From Octopus vulgaris (lineage: Eukaryota): DNA of 64,000 bases. The stretch lies in NCBI GenBank assembly GCA_951406725.2, contig OX597843.1, positions 19,406,001-19,470,000 on the forward strand, in the 5' to 3' direction. The notes under the pieces were generated by a model. The model saw only the letters and a program-made list of their open reading frames with translations, ran no database searches and was not told the origin of the DNA. Positions 14,690-28,459 of this stretch are shown piece by piece; position 1 is the stretch's first letter; every line of letters begins with the position of its first letter. Made by a program: the position numbers and the translations under genes.

Positions 14690-15190
14690 TGCTCAACAAA
14701 CAGTACTTTGTGGGAGTTCAGGAAGAGAATTTGTGGCTAAAGACCAGAGGTCTTTTGCCCATGTCATTGACACCTGCACCAGTCCATGATTCCATTCTGT
14801 TAACCAACTACCTGATAGAGACAGGCATTAAACCTGTCCCCTGCCCCCTACAGTCCAGACCTTGTTCTTTGTGATTTGGTTGTTCTCTAAGCTGGAGGAG
14901 ACGATGAAGGAGGCTGTGACAAGGGTCCTGGACCCCTTCACGTTAACCCTTTTGTTACCATAAAGTGCATTGAAGCCAGAGGATGATACTTTGAAGGAGA
15001 TTAGAATTTTGAACTTCTTTGAAATGAAGTCTCAAAACTTTCTGGAATGCACCTTATATGTGTACACGAAGGACTGGTGCAATAAATGTGTGAATCTGAG
15101 AGGGGGAATATGTTGAATAAAATCCTAAATAACTGACCCTCCTCTATTCTCTTTTACCCAAAGCCAGAAACTTTCAGCACCCACCCTGTA
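14690..15190 (+). mobile_element. Possible highly degraded Tc1/mariner 3' remnant
   Basis: Contains TGCAATAAATGTGTG...GGGGAATATGTTGAATAA, resembling mariner transposase ends, and an AAACTTTCAGCACCC end shared with about 10530. No intact ORF. Confidence 0.35.
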
Positions 15191-15414
15191 CAATATACAC
15201 AGGCTGGAATTTCTCCATGGTTAGCTATATCATCACCATCATCATCATCGTCATTTAATATCCGCTTTCCATGCTAGCATGAGTTGGACGATTTCACTGA
15301 GGACTGGCGAACCAGATGGCTGCACCAGACTCCAATCTGATCTGGCAGAGTTTCTACGGCTGGATGCCCTTCCTAACGCCACATACACATTTTATATATG
15401 TATGTATGTACATA

Positions 15415-15765
15415 GGCACAGGTGTGTTTGTGTGTAAGAAGCTTGCTTCCTAACTGCATGGTTTAGGGTTCAAGTCTTCTGCTATAGCCACAGGCCGATC
15501 AAAGCCATGTTAGTAGATTTCATGGACAGAAACTGAAAGAAGCCCATCATCTGTGTGTGTGTGTGTTCTCCCACCATTGCTTGACAGCCAATGTTGGTGT
15601 GTTTACATCCCCGTAACTTAGCAGTTTGGCAAAAGAGATCAATAGAATAAATACTAGGCTTACAAAGAATAAGTCCTGGAGTCAGTTTCTTTGTCCAAAA
15701 ACCCTTTAGGGTGGTGCTCCAGCATGGCCACTGTCAAATGACTGAAACAAGTAGAAAATAAAAGG
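15415..15765 (+). mobile_element. tRNA-derived SINE family 1, diverged copy
   Basis: Head, central (TG)n and the 3' GGTGCTCCAGCATGGCC...TGACTGAAACAAG tail. Confidence 0.75.
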
Positions 15766-16687
15766 AATGTTGTAGAATCTCATGTAAGATAGTGTGAAAA
15801 ATTAACTGAGATTATCTTTTCAATTAGGAGACAAAAACTCCTTGTAGGTCATCTGAAAAATTTCATCATCTCTTCATCTCTCCCTCCACCATCTTGATAT
15901 CTTCACTTCTCTGCATCGAATTATTCCATCTCTTTAATTACTTTACGTGCAGAATCTCTCTAATTCCTTCTCTCTCTCTCTCTCTCTCTCTACATATACA
16001 CAAAATTATTAAAATCTACGCCTTCCTGGGAGTGGCTTTTATCCTTCAAATGCTTTACTCCATTTCTTATGTATTTCCAGATCTGCTTCTGATGGTAATC
16101 TTTTCCTCTTCATTTTTGAGGCTCTGAAATGATGCAGAAGCACTCAGCCATGAAGGCATTGCACAGCAGAAACGGCTGTTATCCAATGAAGTTTATTACA
16201 TAATTTCTCCTACCTTTGTCATCCTCATTTAATGTACGATTTCTGGGCTATGTTTTTTCATTGCCCAGAAGGGGCTACACACAGAGGGGACAAACAAGGA
16301 CAGACAAAGGGATTAAGTTGGTTACATCGACCCCAATGTGTAACTGGTACTTATTCAATCGACCCTGAAAGGATGAAAGACAAAGTCGACCTCAGCAGAA
16401 TTTGAACTCAGAACGTAAAGACAGACGAAATACTGCTAAGCATTTCGACCAACTGACCACCACTTCTCTGCTGATAGTTAAAGATCCACACAAATGCCAA
16501 CCAGTCCATAGTGTTGTTGGTGCTCTTTGCATGGCACCATCCCCCTGTGGCACCAGAACCAGTACTTTTTATGTTGCACCATCACCCTTGCTTACTACGC
16601 CCTGTGTTTGACTAATACTTTATTCTCAAGCATATCAAGTTCTAACAGCTTGCCTATCACTATACCTAAGCAAAAGATGGTTGTGGG

Positions 16688-16925
16688 TTCAATCCCACTG
16701 CGTGGCCCCTTGGGTAAGTGTCCTCTACTATAGCCTCAAGCCAACCAAGGCCTTTTGAGTGGATTTGCCAGACAGAAACCGGAAGAAGCCCATTGTGTGT
16801 ATATATACACACACACATGATGGGCTTCTTTCAGTTTCCATCTACCAAATCCACTCACAAGGCCTTGGTTGGCTTGAGGCTATAGTAGAGGACACTTACC
16901 CAAGGGGCCACGCAGTGGGACTGAA
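16688..16925. repeat. Fold-back pair of SINE family 1 heads (inverted repeat)
   Basis: 16693-16754 is the exact reverse complement of 16859-16920. The inner arms pair with mismatches around a (TG)/(CA) loop. Confidence 0.9.
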
Positions 16926-17172
16926 TGTAGAAAGGAGGTTGGAAAAGAGAACCAGAGGAAATGTCTGTGTGCAATGATGTGTGTCTGGTTGCTAAACTGG
17001 AAGCTTGAGAGAGAAAAAAAATATCCAATTTTTGAAGGCAGGCAAGTGCGCAAAGGTGTGTTATATATCATCATCGTCATTTAACATCCATTGTCTATGT
17101 TGGCATGGGTTGGATGGTTTGACTGGGGCTGGCACACTGGAAGGCTGCGCAAGGATCCTGTCTGATTTGGCA

Positions 17173-18212
17173 TCTTTATATATATATATATATAAAACTG
17201 AGAATGTGTGTCTGTGTGTTTCCCTAAAACTTGAGAACTACACAACCAGTTTCATTCAAATTTTACACATGCCTTACTTAGGGTCCGTGTAGTTTCATGG
17301 ACAAAAAAAAATGTTCAACTTCTTGCCTAGAGCGAGCCCATAGCAATATCATATCTTCTCCACTATTTCAGTGTTACGTGTTAAAAGTGAAACAAAAACA
17401 TTTCTCTATTTTATGTCAGATAGTTTCAATTTAACAATAAAAATAGTAATAATTGAATTACATGTAGTAAGTAATAATTAAAATCAAACTAAAGTATAAT
17501 ATAATCATAACTTAACAAAAGTAAAAATAGCAATTGGTATAAAATTGCATCAATGACTTGAACTTGAATAAGTGGTTTCTCATGAATGGGAAAAAATTAA
17601 AAATAAAATTAGCGTGCAGAAATGGAATAGTCCAGATGGATAATAAAAAATTAAATTAAAGAAAAGACTATTGCCTATAAAGTATATAATGTAGAGAAAA
17701 AAGAAGATTTGAACACCTGGAGGAAAGCACCTTCGAAAAGTGTCTTGGGGCGACTATGAAAGGTATCTAATCAGAGGCGGTAAATTCACCACAATAGAAG
17801 CAAGGTTCGAGTCAATGGAGCGTGCAAAGGAGTACTCGACTCGAACTTGCAAAGTGGAAATATTTTATTTTTACCTTTATATCTGGGACATAGGACGTCC
17901 CGGAAAAAATTTTTTAATGCCCCCCACCACCCACCCCCAACCAAGTAGAGGTACGCTGGATTGTAGCTACACTTCTCTACAAGAGGGAGGACAAGATACA
18001 ATTGATCGAAATTACAAGAGATGGGCTAACAATTCCAGTCTGTTATATATTTTGAGTATTGTTATCACTGGCGATATCAAGATATAACTTGTATTTTGTA
18101 TTTTATGTGTAGATGTATATATATAGATGTACATGTATTATATACACATATATATACACATATATACATGCACTAGCACTATGACCCGGCAATGACGGGT
18201 CTTTAATGCTAG
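17173..18212 (+). mobile_element. Non-autonomous Helitron
   Basis: 5' A|TC, 3' hairpin GACCCG-gcaatga-CGGGTC then CTAG|T, no TSD. It splits a retroposon copy whose halves rejoin (TCTGATTTGGCA|TTGTTTTCTATAGCTGG). Confidence 0.85.
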
Positions 18213-18371
18213 TTGTTTTCTATAGCTGGTTTCCCTTCCTAACGTCAACCACTCTGAGAGCGTAATGGGTGCTTTTATGTGCCACCAGTATCTGCCCTTT
18301 ACTGTGATTTTGGTCAGCTTGATGGGTCTTCTTCTTCTCAAGCATGACATAATGCCAAAGGTTTTGGTCAT

Positions 18372-18560
18372 TGCCTCCATCAGGCCCAATGCTCGAAAGG
18401 AACTCAACCCCTTTGCCTCCATCAGGCCCAACGCTCGAAAGGAACTCGACCCCTTTGCCTCCATCAGGCCCAACGCTCGAAAGGAACTCGACCCCTTTGC
18501 CTCCATCAGGCCCAACGCTCGAAAGGAACTCTGTTCCCTTTGCCTCCATTAGGCCCAACA
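18372..18560. repeat. 42-bp tandem repeat, about 4.5 copies
   Basis: Unit TGCCTCCATCAGGCCCAACGCTCGAAAGGAACTCGACCCCTT, contiguous, no spacers. Confidence 0.95.
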
Positions 18561-18807
18561 TTCGATATACACACACACACACACACACTAGTATTGAACA
18601 TTGGGAATAAATGCTCAACACTGCATTGGTGGTTAAATATTCATTATTTGAGGATTAAAAAGGCAACCAATAGTTTTATGTGAAGAGATCATCACAATTG
18701 TTCAAAAGCAAGCTACTCGTCTCTATTTGGGATGTCTATACATATACACACACATTACCATGTTATATCTTTGTATCTGACCCTATCACGTTGCCTACCC
18801 ACCCTGA

Positions 18808-19083
<276 letters not shown>

Positions 19084-19436
19084 TGAGTTTTCTGACTTTC
19101 TCGTCATGTTTTCTTGGGCTGGTTTGCCATTGCCTTCCCCAACAGGATGACCTGTGGCCCCACAAAGAACTCATCTACCCTTCGACGGGTCTTGTTTTTC
19201 GTCCTGCAAGGTGTCCAGATGTCCTTCTCATGATACTAACAAACTGCTCTTCAAGGGAGTGAGGAGGATTTACTTGTACGCCACCTGACCCCTGGAACAA
19301 GTAGTACTGGTCAACATGTTACCATTAGCCGGTCTCCTAAGCCTGTGATGCACTCCTTGACCTGGCTCAAGAGTACATTTGGGGGTTGCTTAATAACTCC
19401 AACACTGACCAATCCTTTGTTATATTGTTTAGGTAA

Positions 19437-19657
19437 AGGTGGCGAACTGGCAGAATCGTTAGCACGCCGGGCGAAATGCGTGGCCGTATTTCGTCTGCTG
19501 TTACGTTCTGAGTTCAAATTCCGCCGAGGTTGACTTTGCCTTTCATCCTTTCGGGGTCGATAAATTAAGTACCAGTTCCGCACTGGGGTCGATGTAATCG
19601 ACTTAATCCCTTTGTCTGTCCTCTCTGTGTTTAGCCCCTTGTGGGTAGTAAAGAAAT
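19437..19657 (+). mobile_element. tRNA-derived SINE family 3, near full-length
   Basis: Aligns to 11032-11272. Confidence 0.8.
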
Positions 19658-19939
19658 ATATATTTGTTTAGGTATTGGTCAGCCTTGGACTTGTGCTGCA
19701 CCATCACATAGGAACTTGCTATATAACTATGCACAGCCCCTTTCTTCCAAATATGCAAAGTCTCCCCCCCCCCCCCTCTGTCTCTTCTCTTCTCTCTCAC
19801 CCCTTTCTTTTTCAATCCACACACAGTGACACAATAGCGAAGCACCTATTCTAAAAAACCCAATTCTATCCAGTATTAATACATCCATCAATCTGCCCAT
19901 CCATCTATCTACCTACCTGTCTGCTTGCCTTTCAGCTAT

Positions 19940-19999
<60 letters not shown>

Positions 20000-21045
20000 A
20001 AACAAGTCAAAATAGAAAATGCTAAAATAATTTTATAAAGAACATTTCCGTACCGGTTTCGGTCATTTTGAGACCTTTTCAACTGTAACGATTAAATAAT
20101 TAGATTTAGAAAAAGTAGAAGAAAAGTTTTTTTAAAGGAATATTTGTATAGTGTTCAGATATAAGTGGCATTCTGCCTTTCTCTGTCTCCCTTGTTTGCA
20201 CTTGTGTGTTCGAGGTCGTTGTGAGTTCTTGGTAGGGTAGAAGAAGAAGAAGGCTGATGAGGAGAGGGGGTGGAAAAATCTGGGAGTGCCCTGATGATCA
20301 TATTTTGAATGGTCAGTGGCGGCTAGCAGTCGCAGTTCAATTCAGGAGAATATTTCTATTGAAAGGCTTGTTTATGGAATTTGCGTAGGTGTTATACTAA
20401 AGAGCATTAGTGACAAAGTTAAGAGGTAGAAGATGACGATGTTGATGATGATGATGATGATGAAGATGATGGTGATGATGATGACGACGATGATGATGAT
20501 AATGATGATGATGAAGAAGAAGAAAAAAACAGAGAAGGGAGAATATGAATGGGTGAAAGTAGTGAGGTGTTGTATGACTTGAAGTTGGCATGTTATGGAT
20601 TATAGCTGTGATTAGTAATGGATTCTTTGGAATGTAATATTTGTGTGTGTATATTTCTTTTATTCTAAAGTTGAGGTATATTAATATATATATATATATA
20701 TATAATATATAAACAGGTTATTAAGAATGAAATGTCCAATTTTGAAAGTTTAATTCTACTTTATCTCAACAAAAAGCAATGCAGTTAATCAAAGTATTCA
20801 CCTAAATTATCAACACAATCTTGCCATTTTATTGGTAGCTTATTTATGCCGGAAACAAAGAATTGTGGAGAGCAAGAGATACTAAAATCATGAAAGGCTG
20901 TTTTGGCATCTTTTTCACATTTAAACCAGGACTGCCATGTTATGTTGGCAAACAATTTTTACTTCTTTTCCTCAGGTTGTTACTTTATATATATATATAT
21001 ATATATGTGTATATATATGTGTGTGTGTATATATATATATATATA

Positions 21046-21146
<101 letters not shown>

Positions 21147-21344
21147 TCGAGCGAGGTCGTTGCCAATGCTGCTGGACTGAGACTGGTGCACCCATCTGGT
21201 TCGCCAGACCTCAGTCAAATCGCCCAACCCATGCTAGCATGGAAAGCGGACGTTAAATGATGATGATGATGATAAAAGAAATATTGAATTTCTAAATCTC
21301 TCGTAGAGACATGTACGGTGGTGGGGCGATAGAATGGTTGTATA

Positions 21345-21512
21345 CTGTCAATCTAACAAGAACGTGACAGTAGGGGGTACACCACCGTTGTATAGCCCTT
21401 GTATATAAGGACACAGGGAAAAAATGTGTAAGCTGTCAGGAGGCGTTCGATGCCTCCTAGGGCTATACAACGGTGGTGTACCCCCTACTGTCATGTTCTT
21501 GTTAGATTGACA

Positions 21513-21513
<1 letters not shown>
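21345..21513. mobile_element. MITE with about 55-bp TIRs and TA flanks (Tc1/mariner-type target)
   Basis: CTGTCAATCTAACAAGAACGTGACAGTAGGGGGTACACCACCGTTGTATAGCCCT and its reverse complement differ at one base. TATA on both sides. Confidence 0.85.
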
Positions 21514-21548
<35 letters not shown>

Positions 21549-23075
21549 ATCAGTTTAATACACATATTGAAAGAGTTATTGATATTTCATGCTTTTATGA
21601 TGCTTTAATTTGGTAGATGTATGAAAGATGCCATGAATCTCAAAGCAATCTTTCAGACATTTTTTGTGTGTTAAATGCATATCAAAAACTGGATGCTGGG
21701 CTGCGAGAAAATGAGAAAAACAAACGAGAAGAAATCCTTGCAATGATGGAAGATGAGGATGCTGTTTTTGTTTCTTTCTTTCTTGTTTTATTTTTCCTTA
21801 TTTCCTGACTGTCAACTGCCCTTTTCCCAAACTATATCTAACGCATAAACAGAGCCTGAAAAATTGCTTTGAGATGCATGACAGGTTTTATAAACCTGCC
21901 AATTTAAAGTTTTGTAAAACATGAAACTCTTAGAAGCTCTTTCACAATGTGTCTCTCTCAAACTGGATGGAATATTCTTTCTTTGTTTTTGGGGGTTTTT
22001 TTCTGTTGTTGATTCTACTTATATTTCTTAAGGTCATCTTTACAGATTTCTCTATAGCAATTATAATCAACACTGATTCTGTTAATGGTGTTTCGTATCT
22101 GAGTACATCTAATGTAAACTACAAGATCAAAGATGAAAAATGGGCGTGTGACGCCATATCTCAGGTTTTATAGAATAGGCACATCTCTACTATGTCACAC
22201 AGTGTGAGTTGAACAGAAGTGAGAGGGAGGAGGGTGAAACAAAGGGGGAAACAAAAAGATGGATGGTGTGTTTCATGGCACGGAGACCCCTTAACAATTT
22301 TCCATCTTTGATCCCTTTGGCATTCAGGCATCTCAGACACGAAACGTAACAAAAATCAATGCTGGCCATAATTTGTGTAGAAAACCTGAACATATTGGTT
22401 TAAGAGCACTTTGTAGTATGTCATGGTTGCATTACAAAGGACCACATGCCTACAAATCTGCCTGATTGGCACCCATGCTGGTGGAACGTGAAAGACACCA
22501 TTCGGACATGGTCATTGCCAGTGCCTCCCGACTGGCTCTTGTGCCAGTGACACTTAAAAATGCACCATTTGAGTGTGGTCGATGCTGGTACCACCTGACT
22601 GGCCCTCGTGCTGGTGGCACATAAAGAGCACCCGCTACACTCTCAGAGTGGTTGGCATTAGGAAGGGCATCCAGCTGTAGAAACCTTGCCGGATCAGATT
22701 GGAGCCTGGCTCGCCAGTCCTCAGTCAAACTGTCCAACCCATGCCAGCATGGAAAGCGGACGTTAAACGATGATGATGATGATGATGATGATGTATATGT
22801 AAACTGTCAAAATTGAGGATGTGAATTCCTCGCTAGGGATCTTTTAAAATATCCGGATATCAACTGGTCTTCTATGTTCAAAGATCCTCAATATATAGGA
22901 TGAACTGTCCAATATTTTCTTAAGGAAACGGAGAAGAATTGGTAAATGTATAATTTTATTTGTATCAATGAAAACATATCAATGGTGTAGTACAAATAAA
23001 GATGTGTTTTCATTGTGATACAAATAAAATTATACATTTACCAATTCTTCTCCGTTTCCTTATACTTAACAAAAA

Positions 23076-23698
<623 letters not shown>

Positions 23699-24009
23699 TA
23701 GAAGGGTTCAAAATCAGTGAGACAAGCAGTGTTTGTTAAGGCAGGTTTTCTATGGTCAACAACCTTCACTCGTTTCCAAGTGAGAGAATATCTTCCCATG
23801 GCTGGATATGTTTTCCTGGAAGATTATTAAACGAACCACACTAATTGGATGATGCTGACACTCATAATTATTTTGTGATGTCAAGAAAGACTAATATCAA
23901 GCCTGTACACACACACACAAACGTGTGTGTGTGAAAAATCCTAAAGAAAATCTTTTAAGAACATGCAAAATGTTTTCCCACATGAAACGTCTTAAATTAT
24001 TCTGTAAAT

Positions 24010-24815
24010 AGGTGCAGGGGTGGCTGTGTGGTAAGTAGCTTGCTTCCCAACCACATGGTTCCGGGTTCAGTCCCACTGCGTGGCACCTTGGGCAAGTGTC
24101 TTCTGCTATAGTCTCGGGCCGACCAAAGCCTTGTGAGTGGATTTGGTAGACGGAAACTGAAAGAAGCCCGTCGTATATATGTATATATGTATATATATAT
24201 ATGTGTGTGTGTGTATATGTTTGTGGGTCTGTGTTTGTCCCCCCCCCCCCCCAACATCGCTTGACAACCGATGCTGGTGTGTTTACGTCCCCATAACTTA
24301 GTGGTTTGGCAAAAAGAGACCGATAGAATAAGTACTGGGCTTACAAAGAATAAGTCCCGGGGTCGATTTGCTCGACTAATAAAAATGCGGTGCTCCAGCA
24401 TGGCCGCAGTCAAATGACTGAAACAAGTAAAAGAGAAAGAGAAAATAGGTGCAGGAATGGCTGTGTGGTAAGAAGCTTGCTTCCCAACCACATGGTTCCG
24501 GGTTCAGTCCCACTGCATGGCACCTTGGGCAAGTGTCTTCTGCCATAGCCCCAGGCCGACCAAAACCTTATGAATGGATTTGGCAGATGGAAACTGAACG
24601 AAGCCCATCATATATATACACATACACGTGTGTGTGTCTGTATTTGTTACTCCATCACCACTTGACAACCGGTGTTGGTGTGTTTATGTCCCTGTAATTT
24701 AGTGATTTGGCAAAAGAGATAGAATAAAAAAACCTCTTGGGGGTCAATTCATTCGACTAAAAATTCTTCTGGATAGTGCTCCAGCATGGCCGCAATCTAA
24801 TGACTGAAACAAATG
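24010..24815 (+). mobile_element. Two head-to-tail SINE family 1 copies (about 24010-24443 and 24447-24815)
   Basis: Each has a tRNA-like head, CORE-like ACCTTGGGCAAG, a central microsatellite and the conserved tail. Confidence 0.85.
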
Positions 24816-25606
24816 CTCTGCAGGCAGGTCTGCTTGAATTATCTCCCCTTGGACTCCTCTCGGCTCAGTGAAGGAAATGCCCCAGTATGGCCTCGATCCT
24901 AATAAAAGGAAGCAAAACATTGCACGAAATACCTTGTGGTATTGAGTTCCTCCCTTTTACATTTCCAGTTCTAATCCTGCTAAAGTCAGCTTTTTACCTT
25001 TGGTTGTTCAACATTGAATTTGGAAGTTGAAAGTCTGTTTCAAGCCCCTTTCATGTCCCCCTGTGTCAGATCTTACCCCTGTTTTTTTTTCTTTGTCTGA
25101 AAGCTTAAGATTCAGCCCTACTCTTTGTCATAGATTTAACTCTCTCCCCTTGATATTACTGGTATTTATTTTCAGCTTGAGTAGACCGTAATGACTTGAA
25201 ATGAAGTCTCTTGCTCAAGGCCACAATGTACTGCCTGCTGCAGGAACTGAACCTGTGACCAAATGATTGTTAACTCAACACCTTGACCCCTAGAACACCT
25301 GTCTTCCATTTTTGGGGTTCATTGAATTGTTCACTTTCTACTCTACAGTTTTCAAGCCTTGCATCTAATGGAGGCCTCAAAAGTCATTTTAAGATCCACA
25401 AAGATCAGGACTTGTTTGCAGCTCTTCTTGGGGGGTCCAAATCGGAGGTGCAGCCTTTATGGGTGTCTTTTCAGAACACTGTCTGGTTTTTAAAAAAAAA
25501 GCCACATCAGATGCCATGATGGTTCTAAGGTGTAGGTACAGGAGGTGGTCAAACTGTGCACAAGGAGTAGACAACCACTATAACATATACGTATAGGAGT
25601 GGCTAT

Positions 25607-26015
25607 AGGCGCAGGAGTGGCTGTGTGGTAAGTAGCTTGCTAACCAACCACATGGTTCCAGGTTCAGTCCCACTGCGTGGCACCTTGGGCAAGTGTCTTC
25701 TGCTATAGCCCCAGGCCGACCAATGCCTTGCGAGTGGATTTGGTAGACGGAAACTGAAAGAAGCCTGTCGTATATATGTATATATATATATAAGTGTGTG
25801 TGTATATGTGTGTGTGTCTGTGTTTGTCTCCCTAGCATTGCTTGACAACTGATGCTGGTGTGTTTACGTCCCTGTCACTTAGCGGTTCGGCAAAAGAGAC
25901 CGATAGAATAAATACTGGGCTTACAAAGAATAAGTCCCGGGGTCGATGTGCTCGACTAAAAGGTGGTGCTCCAGCATGGCCGCAGTCAAATGACTGAAAC
26001 AAGTAAAAGAGTAAA
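25607..26015 (+). mobile_element. tRNA-derived SINE family 1, full-length
   Basis: GGCGCAGGAGTGGCTGTGTGG ... TGACTGAAACAAGTAAAAGAGTAAAA. Confidence 0.85.
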
Positions 26016-26854
26016 AAAAAAGTGTAATATATATATATAATAATCCTTATATCTTTGGTGAGGTGGCACAATCATTGGCACACGGGGCAGAATACTTAGT
26101 GACATTTCGTCTGTGTTCACGTTCTGAGTTCAAATTCCATCAGGGTCGACTTAATCTGTCATCTGTTTGGAGTGGAAATTAGTACCAGTTGTAGACTGGG
26201 GGTTGATGTAATCAACTTTGCCCTTCCCCTCAAAACTGCTGGCCTTGTACCACTGTTTGAAACCATTATCATTCGTGGCCACCCATACGTATAGGCTTGT
26301 CCTTTACAGGTGTTGGTGCCACTAAAAGGCACACTTGCCAGTGGCAATCTAAAAAGCCCCTTGCACATTCTGTCAAGTGGTTGGCATTAGCAAGAGCATC
26401 CGTGCCCCAACGGTACTAGCATAGCTGGAGTGTGTGCCACGTGGGGCAGCCCTTCTGTTTGCTGCACGCAGACCCCACAAAAAACACAATGCTTACAGCA
26501 GACCCAGAAGTGCTGCCCTGGGAAGGCCGATTCAAGCTCCATTTGTGCCCAACAAACACAGTTGGCATCTAGACAGCTCCTATCAAACCGTCCAACCCAT
26601 GCCAGCATGGAAAACAGATGTTAAAGGAGGAGGAGGAGGAGGAGGTGAGGAGCTGGCAGAGTCATCAGCACACTGGACAGAATGCTCAACAGCATTCTGT
26701 CTGCCGTTACATTCTGAGTTCAAGTTCCACCAAAGTCAACTTTGCTTTTTTATCCTTTCGGGGACAATAAGTACCAGTGATACACTGGGGTCGATGTGAT
26801 CAGCTTAACCCCCTCCTCCAAACTTGTTGGCTTTGTGCCATTATTTGAAGTCCT

Positions 26855-26970
26855 TATTATTATTAGGATTAATTATCATCATCGTCATCATCATCATCAT
26901 CATTATTATCATTATTATCATTATTATTATCATCATCATCATCATCATTATTATCATTATTATTATTATT

Positions 26971-27005
<35 letters not shown>

Positions 27006-27078
27006 TATTATTATTATTATCATTATTATTATTATCATTATTATCATTATTATCATTATTATTATTATAATAATAATG
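26855..27078. repeat. (ATT)/(ATC) compound microsatellite
   Basis: Directly visible. Confidence 0.95.
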
Positions 27079-27079
27079 T

Positions 27080-27995
27080 GGTTAAGCTGGCAGAATCGTT
27101 AGCAGGCTGGATGAAATGCTGAAACAGTATTTCACCTGTCACTACGTTCTGAGTTCAAATCCTGCCAAGGTTGGCTTTTGCATTTCATAACCAGCCCACT
27201 TATGCATACCTTTTCCTTCTTTGGTCCCTAAACTCTGCTTGCGAAGACCTGTTGAGGCAAGTGAAATCGAAATCAAAACCAATTCGATGACTGGCATCCA
27301 TGCTACCAGGGTGCAAAGAGCACCATACGAGTGTGATCGTTGACAGAGAGGCTATTCGAGTACGATCGTTACCAGCGTCGCCTTACTGGCACTCATGCCT
27401 GTGCTAGTAGGGTGCCAAGAGCACCATCCGAGTGTGATCGTTGCCAGAGCAGCCAACTGGCTTCCGTGCTGGTGGCACGTAAAAGGGCACCATTCGAGCG
27501 TGATCATTACCAGCGTCGCTTTACTGGCACTCATGCCTGTGCTAGTAGGGTGCCAAGAGCACCATCCGAGCATGATCGTTGCCAGAGCAGCCAACTGGCG
27601 TGGCATGTAAAAGGGCACCATTCAAGCGTGATCGTTACCAACGTCACATGATTCGAGCAAGGTCATTACCAGTACCGCCTCACCGGCCCCCGTGCCAGTG
27701 GCACGTAAAATGCACCCTCTACACTCTCGGAGTGGTTGGTGTTAGGAAGGGCATCCAGCTGTAGAAACTCTGCCAGATCAAGATTGGAGCCTGGTGCAGC
27801 CATCTAGTTCAACAGCCCTCAGTCAAAATCGTCCAACCCATGCCAGCATGGAAAGCGGACGTTAAACGATGATGATGATGATCCTTTCGGGGTCGATAAG
27901 GTTAAGTACCAGTTGAGTACTGGGGTCAATGTAATTGCCTTAATCCACCCACGAAAAAAATTCAGGCCTTGTGCCTAGAGTAGAGAGGATTATTA
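27080..27995 (+). mobile_element. SINE family 3 copy split by a roughly 690-bp (GAT)n-tailed retroposon (about 27190-27882)
   Basis: The SINE stops at TTTCAT (about 27188) and resumes at CCTTTCGGGGTCGATAA (27883) right after the (GAT)n tail. Confidence 0.8.
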
Positions 27996-28099
27996 TACTC
28001 TTTTACTCTTTTACTTGTTTCAGTCATTTGACTGTGGCCATGCTGGAGCACTGCCTTTTGATTATATTATGATTATATTGTTTTTTCTTTTCCATTCAG

Positions 28100-28214
28100 G
28101 TTGCTCGTCTTTTGCTGGAAAAAGAGAAAATTGACAAAGATGACATGGTCAGGTTAATTGGTCCCCGGCCGTTTGCTGAGAAAACAACATATGAAGAGTT
28201 TGTAGAGGGCACAG
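28100..28214 (+). CDS. AFG3L2: AFG3L2 penultimate coding exon
   Basis: [38 protein letters not shown](G), with CAG and GTAACA boundaries. Not in the ORF track. Confidence 0.95.
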
Positions 28215-28233
28215 GTAACAATATAAACCTTAA

Positions 28234-28459
28234 CCCTTTAGTGTTCAGATTAATCTGTTAAATGTAATACTTTTTTCGCTCAAATTATTTTCAATTAAAT
28301 TAATCATGCATTATCTTACAGCTTTGAAGTTTCAATGGTGTGATAGTTTATTCTTAGAATGTCAATGTAGGATAGGTGTGAGGGGCCAGATATGGCCAGG
28401 TTGAATGTAAAACATGTTGGATATTTGGGCCGGATATGGCCAGCTTTAACACCAAAGGG
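28234..28459. mobile_element. piggyBac-type MITE
   Basis: TTAA|CCCTTTAGTGTT ... AACACCAAAGGG|TTAA: TTAA target duplication with CCC/GGG termini. Confidence 0.8.

Noticed and set aside
18372-18560. CRISPR-like 42-bp repeats
   Set aside because: Units are contiguous with no unique spacers, there are no cas genes, and the context is a eukaryotic intron.
24010-24090. tRNA-like A/B box sequences here and at other SINE heads
   Set aside because: They continue into SINE bodies and do not form a full cloverleaf, so they are not called tRNA genes.
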